This document shows, piece by piece, positions 19,984-27,905 of a stretch of DNA of 37,244 bases (within the stretch, counting starts at the first letter, position 1; every line of letters starts with the position of its first letter). The DNA lies in IMG/VR virus record IMGVR_UViG_3300043429_000004, positions 1-37,244 of that record, one strand, 5' to 3'. A model generated the notes under the pieces. That model had not been told where the DNA came from. It did not search any database and saw only the letters and a program-made list of their open reading frames with translations. The DNA is from a virus. Lineage: Duplodnaviria; Caudoviricetes. Both the position numbers and the translations under genes were made by a program.

Positions 19984-20879
19984 TAGCTGACACCTGTGCC
20001 GCTGATTACCCATGTAGTAGAGGCAACTTTGACGCATGTTGCGAGGCCACGTTGTGCCAGTGTACGGGTGCCTGTGTTCGCAGTGCCAGCAAGATACATA
20101 GTATCTGAAGTGATGGACACCGTTTGGCTGCTGCCGCTGTTGTTGAAGAGGACGACCGCTGCCCCGATAGGGAACGCGACAGAGGCGTTGGCAGGGATGA
20201 CCCAGCCGCCGGTCGTATTGGAGACCTGCTTACCAATATCCGAAAGCACCAGTGTGTAAGCGCCGGTCTGGGCGTTCTGGGGCAGGCCACGGAAGCCGGG
20301 AGCCGCAGCACCTATGGTGCCTGCATCTAACACTGTAGTAGCCGTCAAGTTTGTGCTCGTGGCGTTCGTAGACGTCAGGTTTGTAGTCGTTAGGTTCGTA
20401 GCCGTCAGGTTTGTAGCGACTAGAGTTCCGACTACCGCGTTAACCGAAGCAAAATCCAAAGCGCCTATGAATGGTGCATACGAGATAGCGCTAATGACGT
20501 TAACACCGTCGTTGTATACCCACATAGTCGCACCGGCAGGTACAGTGACGCCAGTTCCAGCAGGAGTTTTAATCACAACGCTGTCGGCGCAATCGTTCTG
20601 GACGATGTACGGCTTCTCAATAGCGGGCACCACGAGGTTGCGAGTTGAACCTCCAGTAGTGCCTGTGCAGCGTAAGCGCATGTTACGCGCCGTCTGAGAT
20701 GCGTTGGTGTTGCTAAGAGTTAGTGTGACGTTGGCACTGGCGAAAGTAACATCGGCAGAGCCGACAATAGCCTCTTCGATAGCGGTGCCTAAGTTAGTGT
20801 TGGTGACGTCACCCCATGAGGTGTTGTTCTCACCAGTTGCCATTAGCTGAATTTTAAGGCTGCTATATGTACTTGGCAT
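19983..20879 (-). CDS. Short tail fibre protein
   Basis: N-terminal MPSTYS..IQLMATGENNTSWGD..N.NL anchor typical of fibres in such phages. TNLTA pentapeptide repeats. C-terminal QNAQTGAYTLVLSD...VAFPIG...WVISG domain. Confidence 0.75.
   Translation of the reverse strand: MPSTYSSLKIQLMATGENNTSWGDVTNTNLGTAIEEAIVGSADVTFASANVTLTLSNTNASQTARNMRLRCTGTTGGSTRNLVVPAIEKPYIVQNDCADSVVIKTPAGTGVTVPAGATMWVYNDGVNVISAISYAPFIGALDFASVNAVVGTLVATNLTATNLTTTNLTSTNATSTNLTATTVLDAGTIGAAAPGFRGLPQNAQTGAYTLVLSDIGKQVSNTTGGWVIPANASVAFPIGAAVVLFNNSGSSQTVSITSDTMYLAGTANTGTRTLAQRGLATCVKVASTTWVISGTGVS
20338..20422 (-). repeat. Degenerate 15-bp coding tandem repeat (TNLTA/TNLTT/TNLTS/TNATS)
   Basis: Five to six pentapeptide units are visible in the translation of the fibre. 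Confidence 0.7.
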
Positions 20880-20888
20880 CTTCGTTCC

Positions 20889-21455
20889 TTACGTCGGTAT
20901 CTGAGTCCAGACTACTGTATTCCCATCATTAACTTGCACCCATGCTCCCGTCTGGCTATCATCGACGGGTACCCAATTAGGTGTTTGGTTATCATTAATC
21001 TGACCCCAGACAAGTGCGCTAGTTATAATCCCGGCAGCCGAAACTCCTGTTGGATATATCGTAACTCCAAGCTTTAAACTAGTAGTGCCAATAAATCCAG
21101 TGGCGAATACACCTGCGGGTGTTGCGCTTTGGTCGATCTTAACAGTAGTAGTGCCGATAGAGCCAGTGGCTGAAACGCCTGTTACGGATACAGTAACTTT
21201 ACCGGCTACTGTAGCTACATCTACGAAACCGGTGGCCGAAACGCCTATGGGGATGGTGTTAGCTGTACCAGTTACGGCGACTGTATCTACGGAGCCGGTG
21301 GCCGAAACACCTGTAAGGGTAACTCCCATACCAAGGGAGAATGTAACAGTACCGACAGACCCCGTAGCTAAGACGCCAGCTACGTTAACATCACTGTTAA
21401 GCGCAGCCCCGACATCAGCAAATGGAGCGCCTGCGAAGGGGGTAAAACCAAACAT
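20889..21455 (-). CDS. Virion structural protein with GVSATGxVGT repeats
   Basis: About six repeats of roughly 21-22 aa. N-terminal FGFTPFAGAPFA and C-terminal WxxIxD repeats. GGAGG RBS. Confidence 0.65.
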   Translation of the reverse strand: MFGFTPFAGAPFADVGAALNSDVNVAGVLATGSVGTVTFSLGMGVTLTGVSATGSVDTVAVTGTANTIPIGVSATGFVDVATVAGKVTVSVTGVSATGSIGTTTVKIDQSATPAGVFATGFIGTTSLKLGVTIYPTGVSAAGIITSALVWGQINDNQTPNWVPVDDSQTGAWVQVNDGNTVVWTQIPT

Positions 21456-21497
21456 ATGTAAGCCCCCTCCTTCCGGCTAGGTTAGCGTTGTTAGGGT

Positions 21498-21665
21498 TTA
21501 GCCCCCGAGATATTTCCAGATTAGTACTAGGGCTACAGCGATACCTACAACGGCAACTGCTACCCGCACCTTTACTCCTACGCGTGAAGGAATGTCGTCA
21601 ACCATCGGCAAGATTTTGCCTGCGGCTTCGTCACCCTTGCGCTTTAGTGTGCTTTTCCAATCCAT
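21498..21665 (-). CDS. Small membrane protein downstream of the endolysin (possible lysis accessory)
   Basis: Start at ATG 21665 (MDWKSTLK) with AGGAGA RBS. Single C-terminal TM helix VAVAVVGIAVALVLIW. Confidence 0.65.
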   Translation of the reverse strand: MDWKSTLKRKGDEAAGKILPMVDDIPSRVGVKVRVAVAVVGIAVALVLIWKYLGG

Positions 21666-21676
21666 TATCGTTCTCC

Positions 21677-22291
21677 TTACAACCAAGAAGCATATTTCTT
21701 GGTTTTCAGTTTGCGGTCTTCGAGACCGTGTGTACCACCATTAATCCGCTTTGTCAGCGCAAGGATAGCAGCATCGTTGATGCCTTGGTCGCAGATGGAC
21801 CACAGCTTGTTTGCGTCAAAGAACCACAAGGCGCTTTCAAAGCCCAGTTCGGTAGCCACAAGGTCTGGGTTATCCAAAATTTCCTGTTCACGCCCAATAT
21901 ACTTACCGAACGCACGGTAGTTGTCCTTGCCAGTGAGTTGGAGCGGGCCGCGCCCGCGAAATTTCCACCCGTCGCCACTGCTCTCAGGGCCATTACCCAT
22001 GCGGTTGGCGTACACGCGGTTAGCAATCTTCTGTGGCTGGCGCTCGTAAGCACGGGCCAGTGCATCCGTCGGGAAGTATTTACCGAATATGCCGCGCAGA
22101 CCCTTGGCGCTGTAGTTCAGGTTTTCGCTGAACGCCTTGAAGTTGCCCGACTCATGCGCCGTTTGAGCAAAGAAATGCGCAGCCCGATTAGGTGATAATT
22201 TATAAAGAGCCGCAGCCGACTTACAAGTACCCGGACCGAACGCACCATCTGCATGACACCCACATTTACCTTGAAGATTAATTAAGCTCAT
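21677..22291 (-). CDS. Endolysin, glycoside hydrolase family 19 (chitinase-like), with a short N-terminal PG-binding-like segment
   Basis: GH19 motifs FFAQTAHESGNF, FRGRGPLQLTGKDNY and TKRINGG.HGLEDR. ADGAFGPGT at the N-terminus. Start ATG 22291 by ATGA overlap. Confidence 0.92.
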   Translation of the reverse strand: MSLINLQGKCGCHADGAFGPGTCKSAAALYKLSPNRAAHFFAQTAHESGNFKAFSENLNYSAKGLRGIFGKYFPTDALARAYERQPQKIANRVYANRMGNGPESSGDGWKFRGRGPLQLTGKDNYRAFGKYIGREQEILDNPDLVATELGFESALWFFDANKLWSICDQGINDAAILALTKRINGGTHGLEDRKLKTKKYASWL

Positions 22292-22755
22292 TTGCCAGCA
22301 CTCCGCCAATCTGGAAAGTCATTTTCGTCAACCACGCCGTCGCCGTTGATGTCGTAGCGCATGTCGTTGCGATACTTTTCCCAAGGCTCCATGTCATCGT
22401 CATCATCGTCTTCTTCAGCCGCTTCAACTAACTCTGCTTCTGGTGTCAGGTCGAGTGGTGCAGGCGGCAGCGGAGCAGGTTCTGGCTCAGGCTCAGGGTC
22501 GTTGCGGTCTTCTGGCGCTGGTGGAACCAACTCGCCCTTCATGCCCATGAGCGTGGCATACGACCCCGCGACCGCGCCGACAACCGAAGTCATGACGTAT
22601 GACAGCAAACCGAAGACATCCTTGTTATCTATAACTTCGTTGCTAACGAACAGGCCTGCAATCATGGCACAGGTAATGGCGACAATGACGAACGCCATTG
22701 TACGGGCAGCGAGCCAAAGCGCCTTGATGCGCGCATCTAGTAATTTATCTTCCAT
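22288..22755 (-). CDS. Two-TM membrane protein, putative holin, with acidic tail and EF-hand/dockerin-like loop
   Basis: Two hydrophobic helices, then a Pro/Glu/Asp-rich linker and DINGDGVVDEND. Immediately upstream of the endolysin. Confidence 0.55.
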   Translation of the reverse strand: MEDKLLDARIKALWLAARTMAFVIVAITCAMIAGLFVSNEVIDNKDVFGLLSYVMTSVVGAVAGSYATLMGMKGELVPPAPEDRNDPEPEPEPAPLPPAPLDLTPEAELVEAAEEDDDDDDMEPWEKYRNDMRYDINGDGVVDENDFPDWRSAGK

Positions 22756-22757
22756 CT

Positions 22758-23279
22758 TTAGTCCTTCCCGGCCAGCGGGTTCGCCAGCGTCTTTTGAATA
22801 CGTGCAGCGGTCTCAGTCTCAAGTTCTTTGATCCGACGCTGTTGTTCCCTGTCCTGCTCGCGCAGTTGGTCTATAATAGCGCGCTGCATTGACATGTTCT
22901 GCGCGTCACTGTTTCTAACGCTGCTCGACACAGCGTCAACTGTTTGCCGTGTTGCGCCTACGCTACTAGAGATTGAACCAGTCAGGTAGTTCAGCGCTTC
23001 GCTGTTGCCCTTGGTCAGACGCTCGACGCTCGTGACGCGCTCGTCCAGTACAGAAATGCGGCCTTCAATACCAGATAGGTCTGGCGGCACATACGCAGCC
23101 GTAACTTCCTGCATGGTCAAGAACTGCTGGTACACTTGGAAGCCAGCCCAGAGACCACCAAGGACCGTTGAGAACGCGGCAAAGATAATGGCAATCTTGC
23201 CACTGCTTAGGCCACCAATGTTGAAACTAAAGCCACTCTCGTCGAAAGAGACCTTGGGTTCTTCATCTGTACTGCTCAT
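22758..23279 (-). CDS. Single-TM coiled-coil membrane protein
   Basis: TM IAIIFAAFSTVLGGLWAGF, then a long heptad-rich helix ending LANPL. Overlaps the upstream gene. Confidence 0.75.
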   Translation of the reverse strand: MSSTDEEPKVSFDESGFSFNIGGLSSGKIAIIFAAFSTVLGGLWAGFQVYQQFLTMQEVTAAYVPPDLSGIEGRISVLDERVTSVERLTKGNSEALNYLTGSISSSVGATRQTVDAVSSSVRNSDAQNMSMQRAIIDQLREQDREQQRRIKELETETAARIQKTLANPLAGKD

Positions 23280-24720
23280 CTACCATCTCCTGCCAACGGG
23301 CATCGTTTGTCTGCATCATGCGATACATTTCAAAGTTTGCGTCCTGCAGCCTACGTCTGCGGTATATATCACGTATTGCGTAAAAGTCAGCCCTATCTTG
23401 CAAGGACGCCTGCGTGTACGCAGCGAAGCCCGGAACGGCACCCATAGCTGCGATTGTTTCGCCCTCACCCTCAGATATTCCACTATCGGTCTGAGGCGCG
23501 TTTCCGCCAGATGATGCAGGTGCGGGCGACCCAAGGCCCAGAACTTCAGCCGTGTTAGCCATAGACATAGGGCTGCTTGCCGAGATTGCCATATCCAATG
23601 GTGACGCGCTCTGCGCAGAAGAAACGCTTGGTCCCTGCACGAACGAGCCACCGAACGAGTTATCGAACCGCATCTGTGTTGTGAACGTACCTGACGACGA
23701 GCCGTCTTGTGTCTCTTGTGCAGCGGCGTCTTGAGACTGCGCGCTGTCTTCCATGCTAGGCGTGCTTGCGGCCAACGCAGCGACTTGGTCGGGTTCCAGA
23801 CGCTCAACCGTGTCGGCCTCCCGCACAGTCGTTTCCACCGTAGCTTCAGGTTCTTCTGTTACTTCAGTAGCCACTTCTGCTTCTTCCGCCCGCTCCAGCG
23901 CAGCTGCAGCTGCTTCGCGGACTTCCTCCATCTCTTCTGGCTCAAGCGTCACGCTTTGCTCAACGGCTTCGGCAATCGCTTCTACGGGGTCTGGGATGGC
24001 ATCGACACTGGCCGGTGGGCAGCTTGGGTCCATAGGCGTCACGTCACAGTCAACAGTCGCGGCGGGCGCAACCCACGACAATATGCCGGACTGGTTCTGA
24101 AGGTACTGTGCGTTCTGCCCGAAAAATAAGGGTATGTTATCGTCTGCGCGGGGGCCTGTGATACCGGCGGTGAAGGTGTGACCCCCAGTAAAGCCCAAAT
24201 TGCCGTAATTCAGTTGTATCTTACCGTCGGCAAAGAGGCCAATCTCAAAGGTGCTGCTGTTGTTCGTGCCGTACTCGTTCACGCCGTACCAACCAAAGAG
24301 AATAGAGCCGTCGTCGCGGCGATAATATGGGTTGCCGGTGAAGCTGATTAAGTCGGACCAGTAGGCGTAGATGGTGTTGCGCTGCGCCATTTCGATGGGC
24401 TGGCCGTTGCAGCAGAGATGCGCGCCGCTTTGAAATGACACAAAGCCATTGGACGACACCCACGCGTCGGTGAACGTCTGACCCCAATATTCAAACTCAA
24501 AGCCTAGAGCCACGTTTTGCGTGTTATCGTCGCCAAGGTTAAGCGGCGTCATTGTGGTGGGCGTGCCGTTTATTTGCGGAGTTATTAGGGCAGGTTCGTA
24601 GGTCTGCGCACACACAGGTGCTGCGCAAGCAAGCAGGATAGCCTGCAAGACGTATGGCTTAATCCTTAACAGGGCGAAGCTCGGCGTTCTCGGTCCACGC
24701 GGCGCGGGCTTCCTCGCCAA
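23263..24720 (-). CDS. Putative exported protein with nidogen/NIDO-like domain; start uncertain (probably near 24648-24662)
   Basis: Signal-peptide-like KPYVLQAILLACAAPVCA|Q. GDD...LGFEFEYWGQTFTDAWVSSNGFVSF...AYWSDL...FEIGLFADGKI resembles NIDO-type domains. Acidic linker follows. Confidence 0.65.
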   Translation of the reverse strand: MARKPAPRGPRTPSFALLRIKPYVLQAILLACAAPVCAQTYEPALITPQINGTPTTMTPLNLGDDNTQNVALGFEFEYWGQTFTDAWVSSNGFVSFQSGAHLCCNGQPIEMAQRNTIYAYWSDLISFTGNPYYRRDDGSILFGWYGVNEYGTNNSSTFEIGLFADGKIQLNYGNLGFTGGHTFTAGITGPRADDNIPLFFGQNAQYLQNQSGILSWVAPAATVDCDVTPMDPSCPPASVDAIPDPVEAIAEAVEQSVTLEPEEMEEVREAAAAALERAEEAEVATEVTEEPEATVETTVREADTVERLEPDQVAALAASTPSMEDSAQSQDAAAQETQDGSSSGTFTTQMRFDNSFGGSFVQGPSVSSAQSASPLDMAISASSPMSMANTAEVLGLGSPAPASSGGNAPQTDSGISEGEGETIAAMGAVPGFAAYTQASLQDRADFYAIRDIYRRRRLQDANFEMYRMMQTNDARWQEMVDEQYR

Positions 24721-25471
24721 TCAAACCCATGAACGGGCACGGTGTACCGGCCATTTCCATAGCCTTGAAGACGCGGGTGTCTTGGCACAGGAGGCTTACA
24801 GCAGCAACGCGCATACCCATGTCGTACAGGGTCTTCGACAGCTTCATCCGCTCACAGTTCTGGTCGCGCACAGTGCGGCCCGCCGATAGACCAATGATTT
24901 GCGTCTGCACTGCACCAGACTGGCCAGTGGTGCACAGGTCTTGGCTATACGACATCATGGATGGCGCAATGGCGCTGGGTGGCGGCGACTTGATATTCTG
25001 GTCAATAACCTGCCGCGACACGTTCTCGCTGTAGCTGGTGGACTTACTATCATTCACGTTGACGTTATTGTTCTGATTGACGTTGTTGCTGGTCTGGTTG
25101 ACCGTGCTTGTGTCGATATTCCGGTTCGTGTTGTCGGACGTGCTGTTCACGCTTTGGTTAATCGTGCTGTTGCTCGTGTCCGTGTTGATGTTCCGGTTCG
25201 TGTTGTCGGACGTGCTGGCAGACGTATTCTGGTTGATGGATGTGACGGTCCCAGAGTTGATGTTCTGGTTGACGTTCGTATTGGTACTTGTGCTGGTGTT
25301 CACGTTCGTATTGGTAGACGTGCTGGCCGACGTGTTGTTGTTGGTGTTGGTGTTATTCGACGTGCTGTTGGTCGTCGTGTCATAGACGTACGACGTAGGT
25401 GCCGCCTGCGCGAGCACCATAGAAGCCGCACCAGCGGTGGCCACAATACCTACCAGAGCACGTCGAAACAT
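24659..25471 (-). CDS. Putative exported protein with Asn/Thr/Ser-rich stalk and Cys-containing C-terminal domain (SPPPSAIAP...)
   Basis: Sec signal MFRRALVGIVATAGAASMVLA|QA, about 130 aa of N/T/S low complexity, and four Cys in DLC...QNC...LLC...TPCP. Confidence 0.8.
   Translation of the reverse strand: MFRRALVGIVATAGAASMVLAQAAPTSYVYDTTTNSTSNNTNTNNNTSASTSTNTNVNTSTSTNTNVNQNINSGTVTSINQNTSASTSDNTNRNINTDTSNSTINQSVNSTSDNTNRNIDTSTVNQTSNNVNQNNNVNVNDSKSTSYSENVSRQVIDQNIKSPPPSAIAPSMMSYSQDLCTTGQSGAVQTQIIGLSAGRTVRDQNCERMKLSKTLYDMGMRVAAVSLLCQDTRVFKAMEMAGTPCPFMGLIGEEARAAWTENAELRPVKD
25119..25217. repeat. Exact 27-bp direct repeat, 72 bp apart, within the N/T/S-rich stalk
   Basis: ttccggttcgtgttgtcggacgtgctg at 25119-25145 and 25191-25217 (encodes STSDNTNRN twice). 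Confidence 0.85.
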
Positions 25472-25830
25472 TACGCCTCCTCAGTCAATATGACTTCTAC
25501 CCAAGCTAATGTGGCTTCGTCCCAACGATACAGCTTACCGTCATCCGGTTGTGCGACGGGCGCATCCCACAGACATGTATCTTCGTTAAGTGTCCATGAG
25601 GCGAATGGCTGCGGCGCGATAAACGCATCGCGCTCTGCGTCATAGGTGAAGCCGATGCCAGCATAGTTTTTACGCAGTGGACGGCCTTCAGGGTGCTGAC
25701 CGCCATATGTGTTGTATGAGGTCTGCACCCAGAGCGCAGGGTCACCAAACGCGCCTGTATCAATAACATCCTGTTCGATGACCAGAACCTCGGTGACGAC
25801 GCCGTCAATAACTTTTGCAAAATGTGCCAT
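25471..25830 (-). CDS. Conserved phage protein following Gly-rich fibre genes (possible fibre assembly chaperone)
   Basis: MAHFAK...WVQTSYN...RKNYAGIGFTYD...FIAPQPFASW...W.AP...Y.WDE...W is a Tfa-like Trp pattern. Confidence 0.7.
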   Translation of the reverse strand: MAHFAKVIDGVVTEVLVIEQDVIDTGAFGDPALWVQTSYNTYGGQHPEGRPLRKNYAGIGFTYDAERDAFIAPQPFASWTLNEDTCLWDAPVAQPDDGKLYRWDEATLAWVEVILTEEA

Positions 25831-25839
25831 GTGTTATCC

Positions 25840-27075
25840 TTAGAATGTAATCGTGCCGGATGAGTTGAATACATAAACCGTGTTGCTTCCGACAGTGGTT
25901 ATGGTCGGTGAACCTGTGGTTGAGGTTGCTGCGACAGGGCATGACAAGATCACGACACCAGAGCCACCTTGTTGGGCGGGGGAGTTACACCCGCCGCCAC
26001 CACCGCCTGTATTTGCGACACCTGCATTGGTTGTTCCGTCGGCTAGGTTTCCACCATAACCCGCTCCGCCCCCACCAGCACCTCCAAGTGATGTGGCGGT
26101 GCTGTAGTAGCCGCCACCGCCACCGCCACCGCCGCCACGAGTACCCGCCGTTCCTGTAATTGAAGAAGAAAGTCCATCGCCGCCCTTGCCGCCAGCATAA
26201 AAATCCCCGTTAACACCTGCGGCACTAGCGCCGCCTCCGCCACCGCCGCCGTAGCCTGAATAAGCAGTACCGCCCGCAAATCCTTGCCCAGCAGTCCCCG
26301 CTCCACCGACAGAGCTTCCGCGGCCACCGCCACCAGAGCCACCTACTGCGCCAATGATAGTGTTGTAAATATTCCCACCGTATCCGCCGCCTACCGCTGC
26401 GGTACCAATGCTGCTTATAGATGAGTTAGTGCCGTTAGTGCTTACGGTAGAGCCACCTGTCCCACCAGCACCAACAGTTATTGTTAGAGTCCCTGATTGG
26501 GAGGCTGTGCCAGTTACGTATCCGCCAGCCCCGCCACCGCCGCCATTACTAGAACCACCCGAACCACCGCCAGCAACCATGAGGTATGTAAATGTAGGGG
26601 CAACGAAAGTACCAAACGTAGCATTCCAAGAGTTTGTGCCTGTTTTTAAAATCTGCACGGAATTAGCGGGTGGTACTAGTGGGCTGCTGAACGCACTTGC
26701 GTTTCCGTTATTAAAAACAGAAACTCCCGCAACACTAAGCAAGATACTGTTAGTGCCCATATTCACAATCGTAATCAACGTCCCAAGCGGAAACGCAACC
26801 GACGCATTGGTTGGTATCGTGATTGTCTGCGCGCCTGTGTTGGCTGAATAAATCTGCTTGCCTGCGTCACCCAGAACCAGCGTGTAGTTGCCGCTCTGGA
26901 TGTTCTGCGGGTACGCAGTTGCTGCCGCACCAGATGTCCAACCTGTGCCATCGCTAATAAGGACGTTGCCTGAAGCGCCGGGTGAAATTAACCCTGTACC
27001 ACCGCTGCTTGCAGGTAGTGTGCCTGAAGCAGTCGATAGACTTACCGGAGGAAGGATGCTTGAAAGAGTGGTCAT
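25840..27075 (-). CDS. Gly-rich adhesin/tail fibre protein (fibre-tip domain fused to polyglycine-rich domain)
   Basis: QNIQSGNYTLVLGD...VAFPLG domain, then YLMVAGGGSGG...GGGGAGG...ITVGAGG...NTGGGGGG...GGSGVVIL...FNSSGT. Confidence 0.75.
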   Translation of the reverse strand: MTTLSSILPPVSLSTASGTLPASSGGTGLISPGASGNVLISDGTGWTSGAAATAYPQNIQSGNYTLVLGDAGKQIYSANTGAQTITIPTNASVAFPLGTLITIVNMGTNSILLSVAGVSVFNNGNASAFSSPLVPPANSVQILKTGTNSWNATFGTFVAPTFTYLMVAGGGSGGSSNGGGGGAGGYVTGTASQSGTLTITVGAGGTGGSTVSTNGTNSSISSIGTAAVGGGYGGNIYNTIIGAVGGSGGGGRGSSVGGAGTAGQGFAGGTAYSGYGGGGGGGASAAGVNGDFYAGGKGGDGLSSSITGTAGTRGGGGGGGGGYYSTATSLGGAGGGGAGYGGNLADGTTNAGVANTGGGGGGCNSPAQQGGSGVVILSCPVAATSTTGSPTITTVGSNTVYVFNSSGTITF

Positions 27076-27905
27076 GCCGTGTAGCTTCCCGATGAGTTGA
27101 ATTTCAAGATTGTATTTGCGCCGGATGTTGTCACGACTGGCGAACCTGTCGTTACGCCGCTGTAGCTGGCAGTTGGAACGGAAAGTATTACCACTCCTGA
27201 ACCGCCCGGACGGTTGGGTCCGCCTAAAAATGCACCGCCTCCGCCGCCGCCAGTATTAGCTGTACCCGCAGTAGCTGAAGCAAATGCTCCTCCGCCGTTA
27301 CCGCCGCCCCCGCTGCCACCACTACCACCGGAGCCAGATTGGTAGCCGTCGCTTTCGTAAACATACCCAGTTCCGCCGCCACCACCGGCATAGCCTACGG
27401 AAGTTCCGGTTATAGAGGACGATGCCCCGCTACCGCCATTTCCTCCGTACCTATCATAAGCCGCAGTACCTGAGCCACCCGCACCGCCTCCGCCGCCACC
27501 AGAGTCCCAACCACCATATGAACCGTCTGGGTTATCAAAAGAGTAAGTAACACCAGCACCCCCACCGTAACCTTGTCCAGAAACACCTCCAGCACCACTC
27601 CCCGGATACCCGCCGCCACCGGACCCGCCAGTGGTGTTAAGGGTACCTCCACCAGTAGCAGTAACAGAGCTAAACACGCTATTTACGCCGTTTGTACTAA
27701 CAGTGGCAGAGGCCCCGACACCTCCGGCCCCAATCGTAACAGTATATGTAGTGCTAGGTGTTAAAGTTTGGCTACCAGTGAGGAACCCACCAGCGCCACC
27801 CCCTGCGAAATTAGCACCACCACCACCTGCTACTACAAGGTAACTGGCAGAGTACGGCGCCTTAGCGCCGCCCATCCCAACCAGAACGCACATAATCCCA
27901 GTCAT
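27072..27905 (-). CDS. Gly-rich adhesin-like protein starting MTGIMC
   Basis: True start ATG 27905 (TGATG with the fibre stop). Same Gly-rich architecture (YLVVAGGGG...GGSGVVIL...FNSSGS) as the neighbouring gene. Confidence 0.75.
   Translation of the reverse strand: MTGIMCVLVGMGGAKAPYSASYLVVAGGGGANFAGGGAGGFLTGSQTLTPSTTYTVTIGAGGVGASATVSTNGVNSVFSSVTATGGGTLNTTGGSGGGGYPGSGAGGVSGQGYGGGAGVTYSFDNPDGSYGGWDSGGGGGGAGGSGTAAYDRYGGNGGSGASSSITGTSVGYAGGGGGTGYVYESDGYQSGSGGSGGSGGGGNGGGAFASATAGTANTGGGGGGAFLGGPNRPGGSGVVILSVPTASYSGVTTGSPVVTTSGANTILKFNSSGSYTA

Noticed and set aside
19983-20037. Programmed frameshift fusing fibre to MTGIMC gene (alternative frame open for 18 codons at both junctions)
   Set aside because: I saw no slippery heptamer or stimulatory structure. 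The parallel open frames are explained by homology between the two tip domains, and the stop-start overlap suffices for coupling.
21488-22195. 235-aa plus-strand ORF over the endolysin (possible embedded lysis gene)
   Set aside because: It is antisense to the late operon and has no lipobox or TM pattern of a spanin.
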